Part shown: one piece after another, positions 40,029-49,380 of the stretch | Layout of the letters: the number at the start of each line of letters is the position of its first letter | How positions within the stretch are numbered: the first letter of the stretch is position 1 | DNA from: an uncultured Candidatus Binatia bacterium | GTDB lineage: Bacteria > Desulfobacterota > Binatia > UBA9968 > JAJDTQ01 | NCBI GenBank assembly: GCA_965215605.1 | Contig: OZ244070.1 | Span: forward strand, 384,001 to 448,000 | Direction of reading: 5' to 3' | DNA length: 64,000 nt | Program-made: the position numbers and the translations under genes | Notes under the pieces: model-generated | Seen by the model: only the letters and a program-made list of their open reading frames with translations | Databases searched by the model: none | Told to the model about the DNA's origin: nothing

Positions 40029-41012
40029 ATGAGAAGTCCGAGACTCAAAGGGTTGCTGGTCGCGGTCGCGGTGGCGGCCATGGCGTGGGCATCCGGCCCG
40101 CAGCGGGCGGCCGCGGCGGAGATGCCGAAGAGCCTGGAGATCGGCGGCGCCAGCATCGGCGGCGCCTTCTACGTGGTGGCCGGCGGCGTGGCCAAGCTGC
40201 TGGAAGAGAATATGAAGATTCCAGTGACCGCGGCGGTCACCGAGGGCTCGCGCGAGAACGTACGCCTCATCGACCGCAAGCAGATCTTCATGGGCGTCAT
40301 CGCGTCGAACAACTCGTACCCGGCGTACCACGGGGTCCTGACCTTCAAGAAAAAACATCCGTTGGCCTTGGTCATGGGCCTTTACCCCAACGCCTTCACG
40401 CTTCACACGCTGCCCGGCAGTTCCGTCAACTCGTTCGCCGACCTCAAGGGAAACCGCGTGGGCGTGGGCACCGGCCGGACCTGGGACGCCTTCATGGTGC
40501 CGTTGATGACGGCCCACGGCCTGACCTACAAGAAGGACTTCAAGCCAGTTTACGCGGGCATGAGCGACCTCTACACGCAGCTCGGCGACGGCAACATCGT
40601 AGCCATGCCGACCATGGTCTCGGGGCTGAGCCCGATCCCCGCGGCGCTGCGCCTGCACGCCGAAAAGGGCGCTCGGTACCTGCCTCCGGAGCCCCAGGCG
40701 GTGGACAAGATGGTCAAGCAGTTCCCGTACATGACGCGGCAAACCATTCCGGCGACCACGCCCACCTTCGAGAAGGCCGTTGAGACCTTCGACATCGGCG
40801 GCCCTCTGCTCACCGTCCGGGCGGACGCCGACGAGGAGCTCGTCTACAATGTCATCAAGATGATTCATCAGAACCTGGACAAGCTGGCGGAGGACGTGCG
40901 CTACTTCAAGTACGCTCAGATCAATCCCGCGGTGCTCACCACCCAGATCGGGGTCCCCTATCATCCGGGTGCGGTGCGCTACTGGAAGGAAGCCGGACTC
41001 TGGAAGAAGTAG
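40029..41012 (+). CDS. TAXI-family TRAP solute receptor 1
   Basis: GASIGGAFY, TEGSRENV, PYHPGAVRYWKE; AGGAGG RBS. Confidence 0.9.
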   Translation: MRSPRLKGLLVAVAVAAMAWASGPQRAAAAEMPKSLEIGGASIGGAFYVVAGGVAKLLEENMKIPVTAAVTEGSRENVRLIDRKQIFMGVIASNNSYPAYHGVLTFKKKHPLALVMGLYPNAFTLHTLPGSSVNSFADLKGNRVGVGTGRTWDAFMVPLMTAHGLTYKKDFKPVYAGMSDLYTQLGDGNIVAMPTMVSGLSPIPAALRLHAEKGARYLPPEPQAVDKMVKQFPYMTRQTIPATTPTFEKAVETFDIGGPLLTVRADADEELVYNVIKMIHQNLDKLAEDVRYFKYAQINPAVLTTQIGVPYHPGAVRYWKEAGLWKK

Positions 41013-41132
41013 GCGTCCCTCGAACCGGGTGCCGGCGATCGGACCGTGGGCTGTCAGACACGCGCGGCGTGTGCTGAACGGCTCCGGTCCGTTGCCGCCG
41101 GTGCAGGAACGCAAACGTCCAGGAGGTACTCC

Positions 41133-42113
41133 ATGAAACGTACAAGACCGAAGGAGCTGTTGGCGGCGGTCGTGGTTGCGGCCATGGCGTGGGCCTCCGG
41201 TCCGCAACCGGCCACCGCGGCGGAGATGCCGAAGAGCCTGGAGATCGGCGGCGCCAGCATCGGCGGCGCCTTCTACGTCGTGGCGGGCGCCGTGGCCAAG
41301 TTGCTGGAGAAGAACTTCAAGATCCCGGTCACCGCGGCGGTTACCGAAGGCTCGCGCGAGAACATCCGTCTCATCGACCGCAAACAGATCTTCATGGGCG
41401 TCGTCGCGGCGAACAACTCGTATCCCGCATACCACGGAGTCCTGAAATTCGACAAAAAGCATCCCGTGGCACTGGCCATGGGCCTTTTCCCGAACTCCTT
41501 CGCGTTCATGACTCTGCCCGACAGCCCGGTGCGCTCGTTCAAGGACCTCAAGGGAAAGCGCGTGGGCGTCGGCACCGGCAAGACCTGGGACGCGTTCATG
41601 GAGCCCATGTTCAACGGCCACGGCATAGACTACAAGGATATCAAGCGCGTCTACGCGGGATTGAGTGACCTGTACACGCAACTCGGCGACGGCATCATCG
41701 TGGCGGCGCCGGGCATCGTTTCGGGCCTGAGCCCGATTCCCGGGGCCTTGCGTCTGGCGGCCGAGAAGGGCGCGGCCTACTTCGGGCCGGAGCCCGGCGC
41801 CATCGACAAGTTCCTGAAGGCGCTCCCCTACACCTCTCGAATCACGATTCCGAAGGGTACTCCCACCTTCGACAAGGACATCGAAACCGTGGACATCGGC
41901 GGTCCGCACCTCGTCGTCCGTGGCGACGCGGACGAGGAACTCGTCTACAAGGCGATCAAGCTGCTCCACCAGAACCTGGACAGCCTGGCGGGTGAGGTGC
42001 GCTACTTCAAATACGCCCAGAAGAACTCCGCGGTTCTCACCAACCAGATCGGCGTGCCCTATCATCCCGGAGCCGTGCGGTACTGGAAGGAGGCGGGGCT
42101 CTGGAAGCAATAG
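41133..42113 (+). CDS. TAXI-family TRAP solute receptor 2 (tandem paralogue)
   Basis: Same motifs; 64 bp identical between 40111-40174 and 41215-41278. Confidence 0.9.
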   Translation: MKRTRPKELLAAVVVAAMAWASGPQPATAAEMPKSLEIGGASIGGAFYVVAGAVAKLLEKNFKIPVTAAVTEGSRENIRLIDRKQIFMGVVAANNSYPAYHGVLKFDKKHPVALAMGLFPNSFAFMTLPDSPVRSFKDLKGKRVGVGTGKTWDAFMEPMFNGHGIDYKDIKRVYAGLSDLYTQLGDGIIVAAPGIVSGLSPIPGALRLAAEKGAAYFGPEPGAIDKFLKALPYTSRITIPKGTPTFDKDIETVDIGGPHLVVRGDADEELVYKAIKLLHQNLDSLAGEVRYFKYAQKNSAVLTNQIGVPYHPGAVRYWKEAGLWKQ

Positions 42114-44011
42114 GCCGCGCCCTCACCCGGATACTGGCGATCGGACTGTCGGCGTACGCCGTCTGGAACGCCTTCAGTCCGTTGCCGCCCCTCCAGGAAC
42201 GCAGCCTGTTCCTGCTGGTGCTGTTCGCTCTGGTGTTCCTCACCCAAGCAACGGAACGCGAGCGGCCTGCCCAGGTGGCGGTGGACCTTTTCTGGCTGGC
42301 ACTCAGCATGGCGACCTTCGGGTACGTGTTCATCGAGCACGAGGAGATCGCCTTCAAGTCGGGACTCGTTACCCAGACCGACCTGGTATTGGGGGTCGTG
42401 TGCGTCATCGTCGTGCTCGAAGCCACCCGCCGCATCGTGGGCTGGGCCCTGGTGGTCACGGCCCTGGTGTTCCTGGTCTACGTCTTCTACGGGCAGCACC
42501 TGCCTCGATGGGTGGGGGGCCACGGCGGCTTTGACCTGGACCGCATCGTCACCACCGTCTACCTGTCCGGCAACGGCGTCTTCGGCGTCGCCACCTATAT
42601 CACCTTCAAATTCGTGTTCCTGTTCGTGATGTTCGGCAAGCTGCTGGAAGCCACTGGCGCGTTGTCGTTCATCATGGAGTTCACCCGCTCGCTGGTGGGA
42701 AGATACCGCGGCGGCCCGGCGATGATGGCGGTGGTCTCCAGCGGCATGATGGGATCGGTCAGCGGCAGCGCGGTGGCCAACGTCATGGTCACGGGCTCCA
42801 TCACCATCCCGCTCATGAAGCGCGTGGGCTTTCAGCCCCACGTCGCGGGCGCAGTGGAGGCGGCCGCGTCCACCGGCGGGCAGTTCATGCCGCCGGTCAT
42901 GGGAGCCGCGGCGTTCCTGATGATGCAGTTCCTGGCGGTGGACTATCTCCAGATCGTCAAGGCCGCGCTCATTCCGGCGGTACTGTACTTCATCGGCGTC
43001 CTGGCGGGCGTCTACTTCTACGCGTTGCGCTCCGGGCTCACGGGCTTGCCGCCGAACGAGCTGCCCAACGTCAGGGACGTGGTGCGCGAGCCCCAGGGGC
43101 TGACGTTCATCGCCGGCATCGGCCTGCTCATCGTGCTGCTGCTGCTGCGGATGTCGCCGGTCCAGGCGGTGCTGCGGGCCATGGCCGTCATCGCGGTCCT
43201 GGGGTTGGGCATCTCCGCCATCACCCTGTTCTTCCAGGACCGCAACCGTTTCGTCTCGGCCCTCCCGGGCGGAGCCTTGACCGCCGTCAAGAAGGGCATC
43301 CAGGTGTTCGAAGGCACCGGCCGGGACTTCGTCACCCTGGGCACCGCGGTGGCCTGCGTCGGCATCATCATGGGCACCATCCTGATGACCGGCCTCGCCA
43401 CGCGCTTCTCGGGTCTCGTGATCGGCATGGCGGGCGGCGACCTCACGCTGATCCTGCTGCTGACCATGTTCGCCTCCATGATCCTGGGCATGGGACTGCC
43501 CACCAGCATCGCCTATATCATTCTGGCGCTGATGGTGGCGCCCGTGCTTATCAAGGTCGGCGTGTGGCCCATGGCCGCGCATCTGTTCATCTTCTTCTCC
43601 GGCATGCTGTCCATGGTGACGCCGCCGGTGGCACTGGCGGCATACGCGGGTGCCACCGTGGCGGGCAGCGACTTCTGGCGCACCAGTCTGTTCGCCGGCC
43701 TGATCTCGTTGCCCGTGTATATACTCCCCTACGCCTTCGTGTTCGGCACGCCGCTGCTGATGCGGGGCCATCCCGTGGACATCGTCCTGACCACGGCCAC
43801 GGCGGTCGCGGGGGTGATCCTCAACGCCTACGCGCTGGTAGGCGACTTCAAGGACCGTGCCGAAGTGATCGAGCGGATCGTCGTGTTCGCGGCCGCCATC
43901 ATGCTCATCGCCCCGGGCGCCATGACCGACGTCATCGGCGTGGTGCTGGCCGCCGCCGGCCTGGCCCGGCCGGTCATGCGGCGTGTGGCCCTGGCCAACG
44001 CCACCGGCTGA
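42101..44011 (+). CDS. TRAP fused 4TM/12TM permease (proposed CTG start at 42101)
   Basis: LEATRR, GGPAMMAV, SGSAVANV, STGGQFMPPVMG, LGMGLPT, VTPPVALAA; frame open back to CTG behind AAGGAGG. Confidence 0.88.
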   Translation: MEAIGRALTRILAIGLSAYAVWNAFSPLPPLQERSLFLLVLFALVFLTQATERERPAQVAVDLFWLALSMATFGYVFIEHEEIAFKSGLVTQTDLVLGVVCVIVVLEATRRIVGWALVVTALVFLVYVFYGQHLPRWVGGHGGFDLDRIVTTVYLSGNGVFGVATYITFKFVFLFVMFGKLLEATGALSFIMEFTRSLVGRYRGGPAMMAVVSSGMMGSVSGSAVANVMVTGSITIPLMKRVGFQPHVAGAVEAAASTGGQFMPPVMGAAAFLMMQFLAVDYLQIVKAALIPAVLYFIGVLAGVYFYALRSGLTGLPPNELPNVRDVVREPQGLTFIAGIGLLIVLLLLRMSPVQAVLRAMAVIAVLGLGISAITLFFQDRNRFVSALPGGALTAVKKGIQVFEGTGRDFVTLGTAVACVGIIMGTILMTGLATRFSGLVIGMAGGDLTLILLLTMFASMILGMGLPTSIAYIILALMVAPVLIKVGVWPMAAHLFIFFSGMLSMVTPPVALAAYAGATVAGSDFWRTSLFAGLISLPVYILPYAFVFGTPLLMRGHPVDIVLTTATAVAGVILNAYALVGDFKDRAEVIERIVVFAAAIMLIAPGAMTDVIGVVLAAAGLARPVMRRVALANATG

Positions 44012-44041
44012 TCCCGCGGGCAACAGCGCCCTCTCAACGAC

Positions 44042-44802
44042 ATGGCCCGCGCGCCCCGATTGGACTTCGGCCTCTACGCCAACAACCGCGCGTCGGTATT
44101 CCTGCCGGACTTCTCCATGGAGGGGTTGCTGGATCTGGCCGTGGAGGCCGAAGATCTCGGCTACCACTCCCTCTGGGTCGGCGACAGCATCCTGGCCAAG
44201 CCCCGTTACGATCCCGTCGTGACCCTGACGGCCATCGCCGCGCGGACCAAGGACATCAAGCTGGCCACGGGGATCCTGCAACCGCACATGAGGAATCCGG
44301 TGGTGCTGGCCCTGGAGTGGGCCACCCTGGATCTCGTATCCAAGGGTGGCACCATCATGGGCGTGGGACCCGGCGCCGGTCCGCCGGAACTGCTCTCCAA
44401 GGAATGCGAGGTGGCCGGGTTCGAGCGGCGGGTCAGGGGCAGGGTCTTCGAGGAGTGCCTGGAAGTGCTGAAGGCGCTGTGGACGCTCGACTCGGTGAAC
44501 TTCGAGGGCCGCCACTACCGCTACCGGGACGTATCGCTGGGATACAAACCGGTCCAACAGCCCCATCCGCCCATCTGGATCGCCGCCGGCCACTACAACC
44601 CGAAGCCTACCACCGCATGCCATTCGACGACGAGAGCGTGGACCGGTGGGTGATCTGCGGCACCGCCCTGGAGTGCATCGAACGCCTGGAAGAGTTCGCG
44701 GCGGCGGGCGTCCGCACCATGCAGATCGTGCTGGCGTCCAGGGATCAGCCCGAGCAGATGCGGCGCATCGCCGCCGACGTTCTTCCCGCCTTCCGCGGTT
44801 GA
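44042..44802 (+). pseudogene. LLM oxidoreductase with internal deletion and frameshift near 44603
   Basis: N-part ends at PPIWIAAGHYNPK; C-part EAYHRMPF...GTALECIERL...ADVLPAFRG in another frame. Confidence 0.8.
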
Positions 44803-44859
44803 CCCACATCCACGTCAAGGGCGGCCGGAGCCGTTTCTCGGGAACCCGCTATCGTCTAA

Positions 44860-45525
44860 ATGAATGAAAGCAGTTCATGGGAGCGAGGCAGGCGATTGAG
44901 GATGACAGGAGCGCTACCCTACCCCCTCACCCTGGAAGACACGGAGAGGGACGTGGTGCGACGGGTCCGGGACGGCGATTCGGACGCCTACCGGCTCCTG
45001 GTGGAGCGCCACCAGGCGCGCGTGCACCGGCTGGTGGGGAGGCTCCTCGGGCCGGATCACGGCGACGTGGACGACGTGGTCCAGGAGGTGTTCGTCAAGG
45101 CGTACTTCTCGCTGAGCAAGTTTCGTGAAGACGCGGCGTTCGGCACCTGGATCACGCGTATCGCCATCAACCGCGCGCGGGACGAGCTCAAGAAACAAGC
45201 GGGCAAGGTTTCCCTGGACGCGGAGCCCGGGGAAGAGGCCGTCCGGGGCCTGCACGACATCCTCTCCGCCGAAGAGCCTCCTGACGAAGAGAGACAGGAA
45301 GCCTCGGAGGCCGCCGTCGGCCGCCTGGTGACCCGCACCGTGGCGGGCCTGCCCGATCACTTGCGCATCGTCACAACCTTGAAGGACATGGAGGGGCACT
45401 CCTATAAGGAAGTCGCCGGCATGTTGAAGTGTTCGGTGGGCACTGTGAAATCGCGTCACGCACGGGCGCGCCAGCGCCTGCGGCAGGCGTTGGCCCCGCA
45501 TGTCTTGGTCGGAGGTGATTCGTGA
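44860..45525 (+). CDS. ECF RNA polymerase sigma factor (start may be ATG 44902)
   Basis: DDVVQEVF, FGTWITRIAIN, SYKEVAGMLKCSVGTVKSR. Confidence 0.93.
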   Translation: MNESSSWERGRRLRMTGALPYPLTLEDTERDVVRRVRDGDSDAYRLLVERHQARVHRLVGRLLGPDHGDVDDVVQEVFVKAYFSLSKFREDAAFGTWITRIAINRARDELKKQAGKVSLDAEPGEEAVRGLHDILSAEEPPDEERQEASEAAVGRLVTRTVAGLPDHLRIVTTLKDMEGHSYKEVAGMLKCSVGTVKSRHARARQRLRQALAPHVLVGGDS

Positions 45526-45980
45526 CCTGTAAAAATTTCAGGCAATGGCTGGAAACCGCCGGCGCGATGGTCGCGGGGACCATTCCGGACACGCACAGGC
45601 AACATGCCGAGTCGTGCGCGGCCTGCCGTGCGGCCCTCGTGGAGGAGCGGACCTGGCGGCGCTTCTTCTCCGCCGCGCCGGAACCGGCCCCGGGACGGCC
45701 GGCATGGCCGGGGGTCATCGCCAGAATCCGCGAGGAAGAAAGCCGGCGCTCGTCGCTCAGCGACGCGCTGCTGCTCTTCAGCCGGCGGCTCGCACCGGCC
45801 TTCGCCCTGGTGGTGTTGTGCCTGGGCGGCGTCGGCCTGTGGCGTGACATGCTGCCGGAGACCCCGGAGCAGGTCCCCGCCACCGTCGCCATGCTGGAGA
45901 ACGCATCGGGCCAGGAGGCATTGTCCGCGGACGAACCCGACGCGGTCCTGATCGCGTGGGTAGGAGCTCGGAGACCATGA
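45522..45980 (+). CDS. Putative anti-sigma factor
   Basis: C..H...CAAC zinc motif plus one TM; GTGA overlap with sigma. Confidence 0.75.
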   Translation: MTCKNFRQWLETAGAMVAGTIPDTHRQHAESCAACRAALVEERTWRRFFSAAPEPAPGRPAWPGVIARIREEESRRSSLSDALLLFSRRLAPAFALVVLCLGGVGLWRDMLPETPEQVPATVAMLENASGQEALSADEPDAVLIAWVGARRP

Positions 45981-46429
45981 AACGCAAAGCCTTTATCGCA
46001 GTGGTGGGCGTGTTCCTCCTGGGGCTGATGGGAGGCGCCCTTGTCGGGCAGGTCTACCCGGTCAAGCACCTGTGGGGGCGGGCCTGGCATGACGCCGGGG
46101 ACGGCAAGGAACACCGCGGCGGCCGGCGGCACGGCTCGAGCGGCCGGTACATCCGCATGCTGCAACGGGAGCTCGACCTGACGGACCGGCAGATGGCCGA
46201 GATCGGCCCGCTGCTGAGCCAGACCCGCCGCGACCTGTACCAGGCGCGTATCCGATCTCTCGAAGACGCCGACCGGATCATCCTCGAGTTCCACGGCAAG
46301 ATCAGGCCGTCCCTGGACGAGGCCCAGGCGCGCAAGCTGGAGGAGCGCACCGACAACTTCCGCGAGTGGCGGAGGAAGAAACGCGAGCGCATGATCTCCC
46401 GGCTCGAATCGCTGCGCGACGGGAGTTGA
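45977..46429 (+). CDS. Spy/CpxP-like periplasmic helical protein
   Basis: Signal/TM, LDLTDRQ and LDEAQ motifs; ATGA overlap. Confidence 0.7.
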   Translation: MKRKAFIAVVGVFLLGLMGGALVGQVYPVKHLWGRAWHDAGDGKEHRGGRRHGSSGRYIRMLQRELDLTDRQMAEIGPLLSQTRRDLYQARIRSLEDADRIILEFHGKIRPSLDEAQARKLEERTDNFREWRRKKRERMISRLESLRDGS

Positions 46430-46511
46430 CGGGGGACCGGGAACCGGGGGGCGTCTAATCCGTGACACAGCGATCCGGATCGAACCACTCAAACAAGAAG
46501 GAGAACGACAA

Positions 46512-47048
46512 ATGAAGAATCGCAAGCGCACGGCATTGATGATGGTACCCCTGCTCCTGGTGGGGCTCTCCGGCGGCGTCGCCTGGAGCCAGCAGGGCGA
46601 AGGGCGTCGGGGCGACGGTCCCCGCATCGCCCGCGCCGACGGCGAGGAGCGCCGCGGACGGCACTGGCGCGGACGCGAAGGCCGGCGCGGACGCCACGGC
46701 CAGGAAAGGTCGGTCAAGCGCATGGCCCGGAAGCTCGAGCTGACCGACGAGCAGGTCACGAAGATCAAGAGCGTTCTCACGGACGCGCGAAAGAAGCGGA
46801 TCGGCCTGCGCGCCGACGCCCGGGTCGCCGGCATCGAGCTCCGGGAAATGGTTTCGCTGGAGACCGTGGACAAGGCCCAGATCGACGCCAAGGTGGCCGC
46901 CATCACGAAGATCCGGGGAGATCTGCTGCGGGCACGGACCGACGCGGTGCTGGGAGTTCGCGAGGTCCTGACGCCCGAACAGTTGGCAAAGGCGGACGGC
47001 ATGCTGGAACGCATGCTGAAGGGCCGTGGAGGCCGCGGTCGCCGGTAG
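46512..47048 (+). CDS. Spy/CpxP family periplasmic chaperone
   Basis: Signal peptide; LELTDEQ and VLTPEQ LTxxQ motifs. Confidence 0.85.
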   Translation: MKNRKRTALMMVPLLLVGLSGGVAWSQQGEGRRGDGPRIARADGEERRGRHWRGREGRRGRHGQERSVKRMARKLELTDEQVTKIKSVLTDARKKRIGLRADARVAGIELREMVSLETVDKAQIDAKVAAITKIRGDLLRARTDAVLGVREVLTPEQLAKADGMLERMLKGRGGRGRR

Positions 47049-47070
47049 GCACCCCGGTTCGTCAATCATC

Positions 47071-47109
47071 GGAGGGGGCAGCCGTAGAGGCTGCCCCCCT
47101 CCTTTCTTT
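47071..47109 (+). terminator. Rho-independent terminator
   Basis: ggagggggcagcc-gtaga-ggctgcccccctcc followed by tttcttt. Confidence 0.75.
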
Positions 47110-47184
47110 CGCCGGTTGTCAAAGAAGCGGCAACCCGTCTAAAGTGATTCCTGTCGCACCGGCGTCTTACAACCTCGACACTTC

Positions 47185-48447
47185 ATGAGCACACCCGCAC
47201 CGCCACCCGCCCAGGCGCCGCCCGCGTTCGCCGCGCTCCGGAACCGGGATTTCGCGTGGTTCTTCGTCGGCAACATGCTGTCGATGATGGCGGACAACAT
47301 CGAGCACGTCATCAGCTACGGGATCGTTTACCAGCTATTCCGGTCAGAGACCCTTCAGGGCTTTGCGGTCATCAGCCACTGGCTGCCGGCCCTGACGTTG
47401 TCGTGGTACTTCGGCGCGCTGGCGGACCGCTTCGACTGCCGGCGGGTCATGGAGTGGTCCCAGGCGCTGTTCATCTCGGTGAGCCTCGCCTGGGCCCTGC
47501 TGTTCTACACGGAACGCCTCGAGATGTGGCACTCGGTCATTCTGCTGGTCCTCCACGGTCTCGGCGGCGCCCTGTGGAACCCGGCACGCCAGCTCATGAT
47601 CTACGACGTGGTGGGTCCCGAGACGCTGCAGAGCGGCATCCGGCTTCTGGCCACGGGACGGCAGTTGGGGATCCTGTTCGGCCCGGCGGTGGGAGGCGGC
47701 GTCCTGTTGTTGCTGAAGCCCGCGCTGGCGCTGTGCGTCAACGCCCTCATCTACCTTCCGCTGCTGGTATGGTGCCGGCTGGTGCCCTACACCGGACACG
47801 GTACCGGACGGCGGAGCCGGGGAGGAGGCTGGTCGGAGGCGCTCTCGGCGCTGTGGGGCGCCTCGAACAATCGGGTCCTGCTGTCCATGATCCTGCTGGT
47901 GGGTTTCTACGCATTCTTCGTGGGCAACGCGTTCCAAGCCTTGATGCCGGCGTTCGCCCTGTCCCTCGGCGCCGGTGATTTGAGCCTGGGGTACGCCGCG
48001 CTGTTCGCCGCCAACGGCGCGGGCGCCGTGACCGGCGGCCTGTTGCTGGAAGTGCGCGGGCTGCTGAAGGCGCGCCCCTCCACCGCGATGGTGCTGGCCA
48101 TCTTGTGGTGCGCGGCGATGATCGCCTTTGCCACCGCGTCCCAATACGTGCTGGCGCTGCTGTTCCTGTTTACCGCCGGTATCCTCAACCTCGCCTTCCT
48201 CTCCATGGCGCAGACCTTGGTGCAGCTCGAGGCGCCGGTCAATCTACGCGGCCGCCTGATCGGTCTCTACAACATGGCCGCCCAGGGGCTGCGGAGCTTC
48301 AGCGGCGTGACCGTGGGCTTTGCCGGCGCGTACATCGGCATCAGTTGGTCGCTGGGGCTCAGCACCCTGGTGGTGATGGTGATCGCCGCCGTCCTGTTGG
48401 CGATCACGGCGAGAGGAACGAGGACCCCGGAGCCCACAGCCGGTTGA
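47185..48447 (+). CDS. MFS transporter (MFS_3-like)
   Basis: FAALRNRDF, GALADRFDCRR, about 12 TM. Confidence 0.88.
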   Translation: MSTPAPPPAQAPPAFAALRNRDFAWFFVGNMLSMMADNIEHVISYGIVYQLFRSETLQGFAVISHWLPALTLSWYFGALADRFDCRRVMEWSQALFISVSLAWALLFYTERLEMWHSVILLVLHGLGGALWNPARQLMIYDVVGPETLQSGIRLLATGRQLGILFGPAVGGGVLLLLKPALALCVNALIYLPLLVWCRLVPYTGHGTGRRSRGGGWSEALSALWGASNNRVLLSMILLVGFYAFFVGNAFQALMPAFALSLGAGDLSLGYAALFAANGAGAVTGGLLLEVRGLLKARPSTAMVLAILWCAAMIAFATASQYVLALLFLFTAGILNLAFLSMAQTLVQLEAPVNLRGRLIGLYNMAAQGLRSFSGVTVGFAGAYIGISWSLGLSTLVVMVIAAVLLAITARGTRTPEPTAG

Positions 48448-48485
48448 GCGGCGGAGTCCGGGACGGCATCGAAAGGATACATTCC

Positions 48486-48866
48486 ATGTCCAAACGAGTG
48501 AGCATCGAGCTGCCGGGTGTCCCGCACAACGCTCCCATTCCCATGGGAGCCAGGATCGGCAACATCGTCTACTCCTCCGGCATCTCGGGACGGGACGCCG
48601 CCACCGGTGAAATCCCGCCGGACCCGGACAGGCAGGCCGAGGTGATGTTCAACAACCTCCGCAAGTTCATGGAACTGGCCGGCGGCAGCCCCGACGACAT
48701 CGTGCGGATGACGGTCTACCTGAAAGAGGAAGAGTACCGGGACGCCATCAACAAGCCGTGGCTCGAGATGTTCCCCGACGAACATGACCGGCCTGCCCGC
48801 CACGCCATCAAATCCCCCGTGCGCGGCAACATGCTGTTTCAGATCGAAGTGGTGGCGGTGCTGTAA
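48486..48866 (+). CDS. RidA/YjgF family protein
   Basis: YSSGISG, DDIVRMTVYL, RPARH, QIEVVAVL. Confidence 0.88.
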   Translation: MSKRVSIELPGVPHNAPIPMGARIGNIVYSSGISGRDAATGEIPPDPDRQAEVMFNNLRKFMELAGGSPDDIVRMTVYLKEEEYRDAINKPWLEMFPDEHDRPARHAIKSPVRGNMLFQIEVVAVL

Positions 48867-48892
48867 CGGGCGCGGGCGGGTTGTCCCGGGGC

Positions 48893-49234
48893 CTACTCCG
48901 TCATGCGCTTGAGCCCGCTCAGAGGCTGAACCTTCACCGCCCGCGAGGCGGGCTTCGCGGCCACCGTGATCTCCTGGCCAGTGAAGGGCGAGATCATCTT
49001 GCGCGCCTTTGTCGCGGGCTTGCGCACCACCTTGATCTTCAGCAGGCCGGGAAGCGTGAACGTTCCCACAGCGCGCCTCTTGACGTGACGCTCGATGACC
49101 ACTCCAAGCTGGTCTAGCACCGAGGCCACATCCTTCTTTTGGAGCCCGGTCGATTCGGACAGGGCTTCCAGGAGTTGGCTCTTGGTCATCGTCTCCTTGA
49201 CGGCCGTGTTCCTGCGGTTTGCGGTTGTCGCCAT
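48893..49234 (-). CDS. HU/IHF family DNA-binding protein
   Basis: MTKSQLLEALSESTGL, FTLPGLLKI, ISPFTGQEITVAAK. Confidence 0.88.
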   Translation of the reverse strand: MATTANRRNTAVKETMTKSQLLEALSESTGLQKKDVASVLDQLGVVIERHVKRRAVGTFTLPGLLKIKVVRKPATKARKMISPFTGQEITVAAKPASRAVKVQPLSGLKRMTE

Positions 49235-49380
49235 CTCATTTGTCCTTTCGTCGCTTGCGGTCACCGTGGATACGGCATCTCAGGTTAGCCGACCGACCGT
49301 CGAAAAGCGAATCGTTCCCGATGAGCCAGGGGCCCTGGTCCCGGCAGCAGAACGGATCAAGTTTGGCGTGACGGAAACGT

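Noticed and set aside
46590-46700. Gly/Arg-rich repetitive sequence as a DNA repeat array
   Set aside because: Low-complexity coding linker typical of Spy/CpxP N-termini
47116-47145. Third CGTCTAA as another ECF promoter
   Set aside because: Lacks the CGGGAACC-N6 arrangement and is better read as TTGTCA-N18-TAAAGT sigma70 promoter for the MFS gene
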